NCBI RefSeq assembly: GCF_964355755.1
Contig: NC_092670.1
Location: forward strand, 32,290,388-32,354,387
Origin: Antedon mediterranea
Lineage: Eukaryota; Animalia; Echinodermata
Reading direction: 5' to 3'
DNA: 64,000 nt
A program made the position numbers and the translations under genes. The notes beneath the pieces were generated by a model that was given only the letters and a program-made list of their open reading frames with translations, did not search any database and was not told the DNA's origin. Positions 27,801-51,141 of this stretch are shown here, piece by piece. How positions within the stretch are numbered: position 1 is the first letter of the stretch; every line of letters begins with the position of its first letter.

Positions 27801-27822
27801 TCCACCTCAAAGATTAAAGTAG
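6808..27822 (+). CDS. RAPH1: MRL-family adaptor (lamellipodin/RAPH1-RIAM/APBB1IP-like): N-terminal talin-binding-like helices, coiled coil, RA and PH domains, proline-rich tail; ~1245 aa
   Basis: Exons with GT-AG ends and continuous phase: 6756(ATG 6808)-6894, 10142-10247, 18085-18614, 19838-19987, 20778-20937, 21739-21863, 22134-22352, 22760-22870, 23497-23595, 24179-24326, 24435-24547, 25232-25273, 25975-27822. Motifs: [55 protein letters not shown] ([19 protein letters not shown]), PH ([39 protein letters not shown]), LPPPP motifs. The exon at 6756 has an acceptor and an open frame, so the true start could lie upstream. Confidence 0.9.
8393..8986. repeat. 66-bp tandem array, 9 copies (RAPH1 intron)
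   Basis: Unit CTGTAGCAGACGACGGTACAGTACAGTTCTGAACATCATCACCATATGAGTTGCTTGTACTGTATA with few variants. Confidence 0.95.
13046..13054 (+). other. Candidate 9-nt symmetric (phase 1-1) microexon of RAPH1, adding GRK
   Basis: ttgctttcag|GTAGAAAAG|gtgaga inside a phase-1 intron; TGC at -9 to -7. Confidence 0.45.
13628..13962. mobile_element. Foldback/MITE-like long inverted repeat
   Basis: Arms 13642-13786 and 13803-13950 with 4 mismatches and a 3-nt indel, 16-nt loop. A degenerate solo end lies at 16768-16816. Confidence 0.85.
14479..14661. mobile_element. MITE family A copy (TIR AAGCTCTGTCTACACTATCAAACT)
   Basis: TIRs plus internal ATATGGTAGTGATATG repeats, reverse orientation. Confidence 0.75.
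17911..18027. mobile_element. MITE family A, truncated copy
   Basis: TACTATCAAACTTTATGTG...TGTGATGTGCCCATATATGGACATGATGATGTCATATCACTACCATATTTGGG. Confidence 0.7.
23797..23922 (+). mobile_element. Degenerate fragment of the same SINE family
   Basis: ccatagttctggt..gtcttcttggataaa..cattaaagaacccag..ttcgaaagagta aligns by eye with the copy at 25347-25677. Confidence 0.55.
24971..25178. repeat. 51-bp tandem array, 4 copies
   Basis: TTTGAGACATCCCTATTCAGAGACAACCTCTAATGAGAGGCCAGCCCCTAA x4, one substitution. Confidence 0.95.
25347..25677 (-). mobile_element. tRNA-derived SINE with a Deu/Nin-like central domain and (TCAA)n tail
   Basis: Minus strand: A box TGGCCGAGCGG, B box GGTTCGAG, core GGATAAGGACTATAAACCGTAGGTCC...TAAAGAACC...GAGTAGGGGTTACCCCGGTGT, tail TCAATCAATCA. 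Confidence 0.75.
25767..25924. mobile_element. MITE family A copy
   Basis: Near-perfect TIRs flanked by TA. Confidence 0.85.
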
Positions 27823-28192
27823 AGTGGCATACACTGTAGTTAGAATATGGAAACTTTGTTGAGAGTCAACTTGTAATCTAATCAGATTCAAGTGATCTAA
27901 AAAACCTAAGACCAAACTTAAACTTTCAATTGACCCACTTACTAACTTTTTTCTCATCTATACCATTTCACATTGAGCGTTGCAATATCATTTCATCATA
28001 CATATGAGCTTATCAATTATGCTTTTGCATTAATTAAATCATATGCTTATTGATAATGAATAATAATATTTAAAGATTTAAGGTAGTATTTAAGTTTCTA
28101 AATATAGTGGAATATAACTGAGTGGTTAGGACTAGTTACAACCATTTCAGTAAGTTTACGATGTGCAAAAGTAAAGTGGATTACAAGTTAGG

Positions 28193-28600
28193 TACTATTA
28201 GTTTACTAGTCACTTTTAGTGTACTAGTCACTATTAGTGCACTAGTCACTATTAGTGTACTAGTCACTATTAGTGCACTAGTCAATATTAGTGGACTAGT
28301 CACTATTAGTGTACTAGTCACTATTAGTATACTAGTCACTATTAGTGCACTAGTCACTATAAGTTGACTAATATCTATTAGTGTACTAGTCACTATTAGT
28401 GCACTAGTCACTATTAGTGGACTAATCACTATTAGTGCACTAGTCACTATTAGTGCACTATTCACTATTATTGCGCTAGTCACTATTAGTGCACTATACA
28501 CTATTAGTTTCTTCATTTCTTTAGTTTATTAGTCACTTTGGTGTATTAATCTCCATTAGTGCACTAATCTCCATTAGTGCACTAATCTCTATTAGAGCAC
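28193..28600. repeat. 18-bp minisatellite just downstream of the RAPH1 stop codon
   Basis: (ACTAGTCACTATTAGTGC)n, about 20 degenerate copies. Confidence 0.9.
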
Positions 28601-31600
28601 TTATAGTTTACTATTTATTTTTAAACATAGTATGATGACATTGACAATCAGCTTCTAAATTATTTATTTACAAAAAAACATTTTTGTTGTTGCTTATAAC
28701 TGAAAGTTAAAAATATTTATCAAAATAGAAATCAAGTAGTTGATTCCATAGTAAAACAGTAAATTTGATTAATATTATATTGAAATTGATATTGTTAAGA
28801 GCTGCTTTGGGATAAACAAAAAAGCTGCATACTATGGCAATAAGAAATGAATACAGTAGAAATTGAAGAAATTATGAGAAAAATATATAGCTTTTAATAT
28901 TGAAGGGAGCCAATAGGAAACCATTTTATTTGTATCATGTTATGATATCTACTTAAAAATGTAAATACTGTAAATAAAACATTTTCAAAACCGCATTTTT
29001 TTTTTTTTTTTCTGAAAAAATGAGAAGATTTAAGTGATGTTAAAAAATGTATAGGCCCCTATATATATGTTAGTTTCTGTCGCATCTAGAACCAAAAGTG
29101 AGCACCGTGTCGCTAGACACACTAGGACCTATCTTTCGCGCATGATTGAATTCACAATATTATAGATCCAGGAGTCAAACTCGGTTAATCAAAACAGGCC
29201 TAGTTACAAAAATGTACAAAACAAGTGTACAAGATAATAAATTTGCAGTCTTATGCAATTCATGGAGTTTCATCTATCTACAACCCTACTTTTTTCCTAA
29301 AAAAAACAAAAAAAAACACTGAATATGATATCAAAATTTGTGCCAAATTCCCAGGTCTTGCAAAGTCCTCTATCTATTTTGATATGGTTTAGGTAGTATA
29401 ATAGTGTAATTAAAAATATGTATTAAACTTTTGTAAAGATATTTTATATATGAATATATAACCAAATTATATACTGTAGCATCTTGATGGCCGTTAGATA
29501 TAGTTGTCAGAGAGAATGCATGCAACTTGTGAAATTGCATGTTACATACTTTTGTGGGTCCATATTTTAAATATTTGTTTTACTTTTGCAATTAGTCAAA
29601 TACTTTAAGCAGGAACTTGTATTTTATTAAGATCAGTCAATATTTATGTGTACTTTAATATTTGTTTTAATACCTAAAATATATTATTTAAACTATTTTT
29701 TATTATTTTTTTCATTTTATTTCATAAAACCAAATAACTTATTTTTAATTTTTTTTAATGTATTTATTTAAAATTATGTTTGATTAATATGACGCCCAAC
29801 AAATGATATTTTTAAATAATTATTTTAATTGTAATTATCACCAAAATAATGTATAAATAGAAATATATGATATTTACCAAAACATGATTGAAGATTAGTA
29901 AGATTATGTTAAGCTGACAATTTGGATTAGTAACATGTTGATTATGATAATCCGGATTTAATATAATAATATATGTTATTTAGATTCTGAATTATTATCT
30001 GGAGTAGTAAATTCATTAGATTATGCGATTACAACGAAAAACATGTGAAAGAAATAAATATGCTACTATATTGTTGATCAATACACTAATTGTTGTTTTG
30101 GCTTTATTTTAAATTAAAAAACTGATGAAATTGTTTTGTTTATCTTAAGATGAAGGTATTTTATATACATAATATATCATTGATAAAACAACATTCATAA
30201 AATATTTTAAATAGTGTATACATTTGATTAGAAAAAACATAACATTTTAGTTTAACTATAAAATTATATGTTATCATGTTCTTTACATTTCGCAACTGAA
30301 AAACTAACGCTAACGCTTGCCATGCTTTCTCTAATAATAAATATTCATCTATCTTGCTTGTAATTCATTTTAAAAGCATTCATTTTGACTTGTGAATGTT
30401 TCCTTTTTTTAAAAACAATATTTTGAGAAAGTTACTGAATGTTGTGGAAAACCATTCTTAATGAGAGATTCTAAAAATCTTTGCTTTTCCTAAAATCTGA
30501 AATATACATCACAATGGGTTTCCTTAGAAGTGGTTTTGATAGTGACTACTAAATTAGTTTTATTTCGGTTTTTATTGCAATAATTACATATTACAAAACT
30601 GCTTTCTTGAAAATAGTTGTTGGTATAGAAACTGTGAAGGTCACATCAAAAGTAACAAAACTAGTTTTACTAAACGCAATGAATGCATTTACTTTAAATG
30701 TAATTATGGAATTCTGTATAGCTTTAGTTTAAGTTAGTTTTCTTTTCTTATAACTTGATAATCTTTTCTTTTAATTTACTAATGATTTGTTCAGCTTAGC
30801 ATGTGTGTGTGTGTGCTCATGTCACTCATTGAAAATTAAACTAAAAAACAATTTTCAAAAATAACTATTGTTATTTGTTGTCATGGTAATGTCTATTAAC
30901 AAAACTGACACTTTGTTCTACTGACCTTTGACATACTGACCTTTAACCAACATTCGTACAGCATGTTTTGCAACCTTTTTGAAGCTACCATTTTCGATGT
31001 TAAATGTCTTGCCTGCTGCCAGTAAGATTTATACGCGATTCAGTGTTGCTACGCCATCTGTAAAAGAGTTCCCAAAATTCCAGGAATGGCTTGTTTTATG
31101 TTGTAGGTATTTTACTTTTTCATCTTTAATCCTGTGTGTATACTAACTTTCATTTTGAAACGGCATTCTCTGTCGATACAATTGTAAAAACAATGCACCA
31201 TTCTAGTTTGCACTGTAGCAGATAGTAGAAAATTAAAAGACTTTTGTATTTTTAAATCATAAAAAGAGTTTACACCATGTAACTAATCGCATTAACTTCA
31301 ACTAGTTGAAAATAGTGTTTTTCTAGGATATTATTGTGTTTGCCAGATTTTCATTCTTATTATAATTAGAAAGTTACTTAATTTATTACTAATTTGCATA
31401 ATGTTTCAAAATAATATTTTAAGCTGTAGATTTATGTTTTTGTTCACGCTTAGTTTTTTCTTTCTTATTTCGATACAGATATGAATTCAGATGATATGAG
31501 AAATGCATGATCTTTAGCAAGTGCATGCGAGGTTGCCATGGAAATGCGCTACTCTGAGTTGGAATATGTTTTAATGAAGACGTTTGCTGTGTAGTCCAGT

Positions 31601-32952
31601 CTGATTTTATTTAAACTAACAACATTATCACTAATTTATGTTTGCCTAAACTTTTATAGCTGTTTTTCTATTTTACAATAAACTAGTGCTTGTTACATGA
31701 TCTTGATTTGATCAGCTATTCCTTCATTACCCTTCAATAGTGTGCCATAGGGGTTGGTGGGTGAAGTTGACTCCAAATTAAATAAATTCCTATGGCCTAA
31801 ATTGCAAACAACAAGGTCCTAAAAATGCTTTGGTTGCCCTTGTAATATTTAGGATAAGTAAAGTAGAAAATGTTTTTAGCCTAAAACATGAGACATTCTC
31901 AACTTTACTTTATTCTGTTTGGAGACACATGGTGTACTTATACTGGCTTTTACTCGCCATGCAAACCCTTAAAACAATATAATATTTAGATTATTATTTA
32001 GATTTTTCTAATCCCAACCCATCTGTATAAAGTATATACATTTTTAAACATCATCAAGTCCACCATTAGGTGCACATTAATTTCCAACAACAGTGTATAT
32101 AACATAACATAATAAAGTACATATTTTCTTGTCAACAAAGTGCAGGAAAGGGAGGAAGAAAGAAGTTAAAAACTTATAGGTCATCTCCCCTTGTGTACAA
32201 TTAAGTTATGATGTAAGGCAATGGATATAATAAAATTCAGAAAAGAAAACAAAAACTTCACTTTATACAACATTAAAAACAACGTTTTACATTTTTTACA
32301 TCCATTGTGTTAACAACAACACAACCCACCACCAAGCGTTAAGCCTAGTCTACACTACAAAACTGTATTTAAAAGTTTTTAAAAGTTTGCTTTAAAAACA
32401 GCAGAAAATAAGTTTGCAGATGTCTACACCAGAAAAACTTTAGTAAAGTTTGCTAGTATAGTCCCGTCTCTTATTTGTTGCAATCCTCAATTTTTTTTTT
32501 TTTTATTAAATATATAATTTTAAGGTCATTATTTTTACAAGAATTATTACTGTTATTAATATTATGTGAAGTTTATATTTGTATGATATTTTAAAGCAGT
32601 TAGGCCTTTTGCTTTTTGTTTCAACCAAAGACCAAAACTGTTAATATCAGTGTAGTGTAGTCATTTTTAAATGTACTGTAATATTGATAATAATTAAATC
32701 TTATAATGTTATTCTTTTAAAGAGTAATAAGGCAAAATGTGAAATTGAAAGGTGTATATTAATATCGATTTTACATAATTTATATCATTTATTAGTGACA
32801 TTTGATACTTACTTTTAATCAGTAATTAAGAGAATTAGATAGAACCTGTTTATGTATTGTTTTTATAGTTAATTATACTCAAACTCGCGCGATGGAAGCC
32901 GTGTATTGTAAAGTTTCTTATTGAATGCATGGTGCATAATACATTGCATTAG

Positions 32953-33240
32953 TATGGTACGGCATAATGTACTATGGTACATATATACAGTATAATGTAT
33001 GGTGCATATATACGATATAATGTATGGTGCATATATACGGTATAATGTACTATGGTGCATATATACGGTATAATGTATGGTGCATATATACGATATAATG
33101 TATGGTGCATATATACGGTATAATGTACTATGGTGCATATATACGATATAATGTATGGTGCATATATACGATATAATGTATGGTGCATATATACGGTATA
33201 ATGGACTATGGTGCATATATACGGTATAATGTATGGTGCA
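32953..33240. repeat. 25/30-bp compound minisatellite
   Basis: (TATGGTGCATATATACG[G/A]TATAATG[TAC])n. Confidence 0.9.
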
Positions 33241-34992
33241 TTTCCAAATCTAAGTCAGCCAAACATGGTATGGTGCTTTGGAGTGATTCTCGTTTGGTGG
33301 AAGCGGCAATTAAGAAATACAAGAAAACGATAAGAAGTTAATTATGGTACTATGCAATATAATATCTATAACACGTCTTAGACAATTTAGGCCTACAATA
33401 AATATACTGTAATTATACAGGGTGTTCGGGTATAGGGTGTTATGTAGAAAGGGTGCCAACATTGCGATTCACCAACGTAAAAATTGGTTGAGGCTGAATT
33501 GACGTAAAGTTGTAGGCTATGTTTATGTAAAATAGTACAAGAATATGTAAGCAAGATTAAAACCATTTTTTAGTGAGTGATTGAATACAGCTACGGTATG
33601 GCACCTTTTTTGTATTTGGGCTGAATTTAGAACAAATTACTGACCATGTATTATGACGGTATGTGAAACTCTGCTGATTATGAGCGTTTCATAGAAATGG
33701 GCGCTATATAATTTAGTATTATAAACTGCATTATTTGAAATCAAATATAACATACCATACCGTTAGCCATATTTGGCATTGCTTTTGGTGCTATGACTTT
33801 TAACACCACACTGTAGAAGAGCAGCGCAGGAATTGAGAAATTACAAGTGACAGTTCGTCCACACATTATTGCTGAAATGGGAACAAAGCTTTATGTATGC
33901 AAAATTTAAAACAAAATAAACGAAACATTATTTCAAATATATTGAATTAAAATACATGTTTTGGCCACCCTCTTCTATCATTATTATTGCTATTTAGGAA
34001 AGAAAACATCAGTATTACGGTATTAAATTAGATTTTTTTAAATAAAATCTGTATTTATAAATGTAGGGTATGCAAATATTAACATAGGGTACATAAAACA
34101 AGTATTATATTATGTGATGTTGTAAAAAAATATTTAATTATTATATGTACAATTTTTTATAAATATCCCTCACTTGTGCACTTTGCTATTAATCATATTT
34201 TCAGTTTTAAAAATTGATATTTTACAGTTTTTACATTTAATAGGATAATACTATAACTGTGATGAAAATTATGTATTTGATTTATATTTGGCTGTTGACT
34301 GATTTTATATTTTGTTTATACATTTATTATTCTACTGGTATTTTGAAGTCATGAAATATTATTTATGTTATGTTTGTATTTATTTTATATTGTTTTAACT
34401 ACTGTACCAGGATTCCCCGTTAAATTAAAACTATTAAATTTTAGAATATATTCTATATAAGGTTAGGCCTAATAGTAGTTTATGTAAAGTAGCTAAGGTT
34501 TGCCATTTTATTATAACATGTGGTTAATTCAGAAGGGATTGTATGCATAACACATTTATGACAACTCATCCAATTTTTAAATATCCAATACATGCATTTA
34601 GGAACATATTTCTGTATAGTGAATTAAAAGGTTGAATACATTCTCACTGATGTTAGGAAGCCATTTAGTACAGTTTGTTCAGTATAAAAATATCGCAAAA
34701 AATGCCAAAATTACTGACAATAATTATTATGTTTGCTGTAGTTTTCAGGATATCTGTTTGCTGTAGTTTTCATTTATATAATGCTTTTATTAATGTATTT
34801 TGATTGGTTTAATTTACTCTGAGAGATGTTAGTAAAAATGGACTGGTTGCAAAATTAAGGTGCCTATGTAAACTAGGGGGTATTTGTTTGATTATAGCCT
34901 ACACATTATTAAATAAATTCATCTGGTTCCAAATAATATAATAAACTTTTTTATTGAACAAAATAATACAGACACAAATGGTATAAATACGT

Positions 34993-35033
34993 TAGTGACG
35001 TTTCGTTGACATGCGGTCAACTTCTTCAAACTA
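34993..35033 (-). ncRNA. Minimal type I hammerhead-like motif of Penelope-like element type (C3U variant)
   Basis: Minus strand reads TAGT-TTGAAGA-A-GTTGAC-cgcat-GTCAAC-GAAAC-GTC-ACTA. Stems I and II pair; stem III is the palindrome ACGT. Confidence 0.55.
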
Positions 35034-35170
35034 CTGTTTGGAGTGGTCTGTACAGTCTTGGACAACAAAAGTAATATGAATAATGTTTATATATGTTGTA
35101 GAAAAAAAGTGCAACTCAAAATGATTTTTAGTAATTTGTATGTAAAGTGTGGATAGACATATCACTCACT

Positions 35171-35308
35171 TATTTTGGTTATCAGTCATGATACATGACA
35201 CAAAAGAAAGGTGTGGTTTGGCATGTATAAGACTATTTGTATTTTGGTTATCAGTCATGATACATGACACAAAAGAAAGGTGTGGTTTGGCATGTACAAG
35301 ACTATTTG
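35171..35308. repeat. 69-bp tandem duplication
   Basis: Two copies starting at 35171 and 35240, one substitution. Confidence 0.9.
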
Positions 35309-36652
35309 CAAAGTGATGTTACTTTCTTACATTTTTTCTATTTATATTAATTTGTATAATCCCAAGTATTAAATAATTTTTGAAAAAAAACACAATATTT
35401 ATATTGTTTTGCACCACGTGATTAATGGGTATACGTATGGCAGATAATATATTAATTATTTCTCTAATCACATGACTCTGTATAGTCACATGTCCTGATG
35501 GCAAATTACTATATTGTAAGTATTTATTTGGCTATTTGTATCATTATGCAATGATGTAATGATAATTGATAATAGGGGATAGCATAAAAAAAGTTTACAC
35601 TAAACAAGCATAAACTAAATGTGTTTCAATTACATTGATATCAATTGTGTTTGGTCACAGATATGGTATGTGTACATTTTGCTAGTTGAAACTTTACATG
35701 ACAACATTAAATGAAGCTACAGTAACATGTGCTAGTTTTTTATTGTGTTGCTATTTAACCATGGAGTTATGCTTTCGTTAGAAACTGAAGTTTCACCGAT
35801 TTGGGCGAACATCTGGGTATGCAAGAGTAAATTTGATTGGTTGGAGGTCAAAATCGTTGATGCATAACTTTCATATCATAAGCGTCGTTCACTAATCTTG
35901 TACCTTGAGGTGTTGTAACAAACAAAAGATCAGTGTCGTAAGAGGTGGTTTCCACTAAAATTTTCATGGTTGAGACCTATGTAGTTGGTTTAAATGGTTC
36001 GTTAGTACCGGTTGGCCACGTCCACCCATCCTCACCAGCTGGACACATACTTTAGTGTGGTAGATCTAAAATGGTGAGAACCATTACAGGTACAGTACAT
36101 CATCACAAGCTGCTCTACACCAGGTCTTGTCCCTAGTTTTTAAACTGTTGAAAGAGGATATAAGCAGAGGTTCTGATAGTCTAGGTTCTGGACAGTTTTT
36201 CAACTTAACATTAGTAAAAGATATATTTTGGCACATATGAAGAAAATTGAAACCCTGACTGGCAGAATAACATGATAAAGAAAAATTATTTTGAGTGTCT
36301 TTTAACCCAAGACTTACGATATCTTTTTTAGAATTCTATGATGGGTGTCTAGAAAACATAAGGCATAAGATACTGGAGTTTTCTATATGTAGAAATTGAT
36401 CTTAGGTTTGGCTTCCTAGACACCCTCTATTTAAAAATAAACAATGACACAAAATAAATATTTCATAAGCCTGTATTTATTCTCGCTAACAAATCTTGTT
36501 TCGGAATAATATTGGTAGATACCAAGAAAGTATTTTGCAATTATAATTAGCTGATTTGTGAAAAAAAGACTTCTAGAAACTGAAATGCATCGCATATGAC
36601 ATATAAACTTGTTATTTAACTGGTGGTCTCCAGTGTTGTTCAATAATAAAAA

Positions 36653-46782
<10,130 letters not shown>

Positions 46783-47065
46783 CTTGAAATTTTTCAAGCA
46801 TGATGGGATACCCGTAGTCTTATTTACATACGTCTTTTGTAGTTGATTGTACTTTATAAAAAGACAAAAAAAAGTTATAATGTCAGGAAACGTCTTATTT
46901 AAAGGCTATAGTTATTAGTAGAACTTAAAAACAAGATAGAGGGATTGGTACAGTTGGCACTTGGCAGAAAGAAGTAAAGTACGACGAAAAGGATGTCATC
47001 TTTCAACAAATTAGAGAATCAGACAAAAGTACTGCTAAAATACATATAATAGATAAATAATTATA
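46783..47065. promoter_or_regulatory. Compact bidirectional promoter and 5' UTR region shared by PSMC5 and CHPF
   Basis: The two ATGs are divergent with 283 bp between them. ZNF143/SBS-like ACTAC..TCCCATCATGC on the minus strand at 46797-46819; YY1-like AAGATGGCG overlaps the PSMC5 start. Confidence 0.7.
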
Positions 47066-50000
47066 ATGTCTTCAACGATAAACCGTACAATGAGGCGATG
47101 GCGACCACTCATTTCAATATTGATAGGAGCAAGCGTTGGAGTGACACTTAGTTTTCTGTGCTCGCCTTTAGTGAACTCAACTTGTGGTGTGGAGAGGTTA
47201 GGCTTAGCACACATAGGCCTAGGATCAAGCAGGAAGACATACTCACTGTATGGTCTTGACGGCAATGGTAATCCAATGGATGATGAAGAGTTTCAACCGG
47301 TACTAATGACAGCTCACAATCCACCAGAAAAGAAAACGGTTGAACGCAACAATCTCCTCCGATTCCGATATGTTGCCCCAGAACTTCAGATAAAAGATAA
47401 GATATTTGTCGCTGTGGCTGCAACACATGGTATGGATTTAGAATCTATGAGTGTCGCGATCAATAAAACAATTGGACACTTGGTGCCAAAAATAGTATTT
47501 TTTACCAATAAACCAGTGGATTCAGCCCTACCACCTGGAATGCAGATTGTTCAGTTTTCAGCCGAACAACCAATCATGTACACTTTTGAAACGTGGAACT
47601 ATATATTTGAACATTTTGCAAAAGATTTTGATTGGTTTATGTTGATACAAGATGATATATATTTAAATGGCGATAAATTGATGAATTTTGTTAATCACAT
47701 GAGCATCGGACGTGACACATACATTGGACTACCAACTAGAGAAATTGATATGGGTTTCACCTACTGCAGAAAGGAGGCTGGTATGGATGTTACACTGGAT
47801 ATTTGTCCCAACACCATAATAATAAATAAACAGTTGCAATTACACACATCTACACATGTGTAGGCCCCTAAACTAATAGAGATATTATCTCTATGCTATG
47901 CCTAATAACATTCGGTGCTAACAAAAAAATTATACATATTTTCATTGATTGCTTATAGATTTCATTTGGATATGTCTCAATCAATCTTTTTTACCGTAAG
48001 GTTATGAAGTTTAAAGCTCTGTCTACACTATCAAACTAGTTTGACCAAAAAGTGTGATGTGCTCAAATATGGTAGTGATGTGCTTAAATATGGTAGTGAT
48101 ATGACATCATCATGTCCATATATATGGGCACATCAGATTTTGTTGTCACATAAAGTTTGATTGTGTAGACAGAGCTTTAATCTAAAATAATACTGATCAA
48201 AATTAATGTATTCAATAAATCTGTGAAGTGTAAAATCTGCCCAGAAAATCAGTATAGTATATGAAAAAAAAAAACCTGATATGTGGAATTGTAACATCAT
48301 ACAGGATCCAAAATGTTGGACAAATATTCATTGTGTTTTCAATATAAATACTTATGTTTTGTCTTTATATTAAATGCCAAATCTGACTGTTCTGATCAAA
48401 GCATAAATTAAACTTATGTAGATCACTGTACAATAGTATTTCATCATGAAGCCACAGTGTAAAAATATACATAAGTTGTAATTGTATTCTCTATTCTTTT
48501 CTATTTCAGGTTATATAATTTCTCGGAATTTGCTAAAGAAATTTGGGCCAGACATCGGTGATTGTATTAAGACATCAACCAGTAGTCTATCTGATCTTGA
48601 AGTTGGTAGATGTGTTTATCAGCATGCCAATCAACAGTGTACCAGTCTTTATGAGGTAAAGACTGCCATGCTAATGACCTTAATATGTTCCTTAAGACCT
48701 TGTAGCTAAATGCAAGTTCAATTCAAATTAATACCGATCAAAATTAATTTAATTGCCCAGAAAATCAGTAATATGAAAAAAAAAACCTCCACTGCCCACT
48801 ATATTGGAATTAGTACATGCTTTAAAGGTCTATCTACATAATATGATGATGTTATATCACTACCATATTTAAGCATAACTAGACAGAGTAGACAGAGCTG
48901 TACACAGACGCATACTGTAGGTATAATAGATAACAATATAAACTAAAGGTTAAAGATGTATTGTCCCCTAAAAATATGAAAAATGAAGATTAATTAAATC
49001 AGACTTTGAATAGGTTATTTTGTAGTTTTGATCAAGTGAATCACTTCCGTAGAAAATAAAATGTTTTCACTTATAAAATAACATGATAAATGGTTAAATT
49101 CAACCAAAAATCCATTGGCCAATTTGACCATTTTTTGCTTTAAATTCCAGTTTTTTCAGGTAAATAAATTTGTTTTCGATCCAATTTTTGGTTGAAGTCA
49201 ATAACTATTATGTGACATTAAAATGGCATATTCAACAACAAAAATTAGTTTTCAGGGGGACAATACATCTTTAAAAATTACTTAGATAAGTTGTTCAATA
49301 AATAATTAATACTTTACTAAATCAGGGAAGAGTTAAATTAAATTAATGTTATCATTTGACCAATTAAAACAGATTAAACCCATTACTGTACCTCACTAAT
49401 AATAATAGTTTTAAGTTTATTATAATAGTTAAATGCTGTTTATTAAATTTATGCAGACCTATGTTCATTGTATTTGTATCTGTTGTTTGGCGAATTATTG
49501 TTGCTGTTGGTTTGGGTTTTGAAATAAAATTAAATAAATAAATTATACTTAAGTGGAAATAATACTTAAGTGGAAATACTAATAAGTGGAAATAATACTT
49601 AAGTGGAAATAATACTTAAGTGGAAATAATACAAATTGTACAAGAATTATACTCTAATTTATATAATAATATACTGTATTTTTTATATTTTGCAGGGTTC
49701 AGTTTATAACAGTTACAACTTTGATGGAAAATCACTCGGCGAGTTAGAAATGAATGATGCACACATGCGACAAGCCATCACAGTCTTTCACGTGACAGAG
49801 AGACGATCTATCTACCAACTTCACAAATTCTTCTCAGAGGTAGCCATTAATGAAACAGAACTTGAAATAGAGAAAATAAAAAACGAGATTGAAAAGGTTG
49901 TTCCTTACACACCAGCTGGTGAGGATGGGTGGACATGGCCAACCGGTACTAACGAACCATTTAAGCCAACTACACGATTTGACGTGATTGGATGGCAGTA

Positions 50001-51141
50001 TTTTACGACAACTCACATATACGGTCATTCTGAGATAAACCCGAAAACCCAATTAGTTGGTCCGGACAAGCAAGATATTGATGAAATCCTAGGCACCGCG
50101 ATGAGTAAGCTAAACTCGGATTACAGTGACACTTTCTCCTCTGGAGGTAGACTCGTAAACGGCTATCGAAGGTTTGATCCGACCAGAGGTATGGAATACA
50201 CATTAGATTTACAGTTACAGACTATAGATAAACAGACTGTCCAGAAAAGAGTCCAACTACTGCGGCCGCTTGGCCCTGCGGAGATCATCAACATGCCCTA
50301 CGTGACAGAGTACAACCAGGTAACAATCATTGTTCCCGTCACGATAAATGACCGTGAACAACTGAAAGTTTTTCTGGAATCGTATGCGTCCGTTTGCTTA
50401 GAAACGCACGACAATTCTGCTTTGATGCTTATTTTTATCTATACTCCTGCAGAGGCTCGTGTTATGGCTCAAGATGATATTTACAGTAACATAAAACAAC
50501 TCGTGTCACATTACGTAAGAAAGTATGCTGGTTCTCGCATATCATGGATCAGCGTGAAAACAACAATCCCGTCTCCAATTGCAATTATGGATGTTATATC
50601 TGCTAAACATCCACCCGAAACTTTATTTTTCCTAAGCACTGTTAATGCTGAATTATCCCAGGAATATCTAAACCGTGTTCGAATGAATTCTATTCTCGGT
50701 TACCAAGTCTTCTTTCCAATTCCGTTCTCACAATATGACACCACCATTATCTACAAGGATACTCCAAATCCTGAAAAAATTGAGGTCTCGAAAAATGTTG
50801 GACGTTTTGAAAATCTTTTGTATGAGCATGCAAGCTTTTATAACTCCGATTTTGTAAATGCTCGTCAGATCTGGGATGAGAAACACCCGGGAAGCAGCAC
50901 GGATCACATCCAGTCCGACACGGATCTCTTTGAGATGTTTCTTGCAACGAAGCTGCATGTCTTCCGGGCTGTCGACCCAGCCCTTAAGGAACGTTATCAC
51001 GAAAGAGTCTGCCAGCCAACCCTCCGAGAAGACCACTACCAACGATGTTTAGAAAGTCGTGCAGATGGCTTAGCCTCACGACAACAACTTGCCATGCTAG
51101 TTTTTGCACAGGGTGAAAAGGAAAAAGTTGAACAACTCTAG
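47066..51141 (+). CDS. CHPF: Chondroitin polymerizing factor / chondroitin sulfate synthase 2 (CHPF/MIG-22 family), type II Golgi membrane protein, 768 aa
   Basis: Exons 47066-47780, 48510-48655, 49696-51141, phase-consistent. N-terminal signal anchor; motifs WTWPTG..PFKPTTRFDVIGWQYF, VNGYRRFDPTRGMEYTLDL, YLNRVRMNSILGYQVFFPIPFSQY, LHVFRAVDPAL, GLASRQQLAMLVF. Confidence 0.92.
48012..48179. mobile_element. MITE family A copy (best preserved)
   Basis: TAAAGCTCTGTCTACACTATCAAACT...AGTTTGATTGTGTAGACAGAGCTTTA. Confidence 0.85.
48823..48899. mobile_element. MITE family A, degenerate fragment
   Basis: ATATCACTACCATATTT core and GTAGACAGAGCT end. Confidence 0.5.
48954..49270. mobile_element. Kolobok-like non-autonomous element
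   Basis: TIR AGATGTATTGTCCCC; TTAA TSD at 48950-48953 and 49271-49274. Confidence 0.8.
49546..49631. repeat. 17-bp minisatellite, ~5 copies
   Basis: (TACTTAAGTGGAAATAA)n. Confidence 0.8.

Noticed and set aside
28122-28516. Hydrophobic repeat ORFs on both strands
   Set aside because: Translations of the 18-bp minisatellite.
32869-33216. His/Tyr-rich repeat ORFs
   Set aside because: Translations of a minisatellite.
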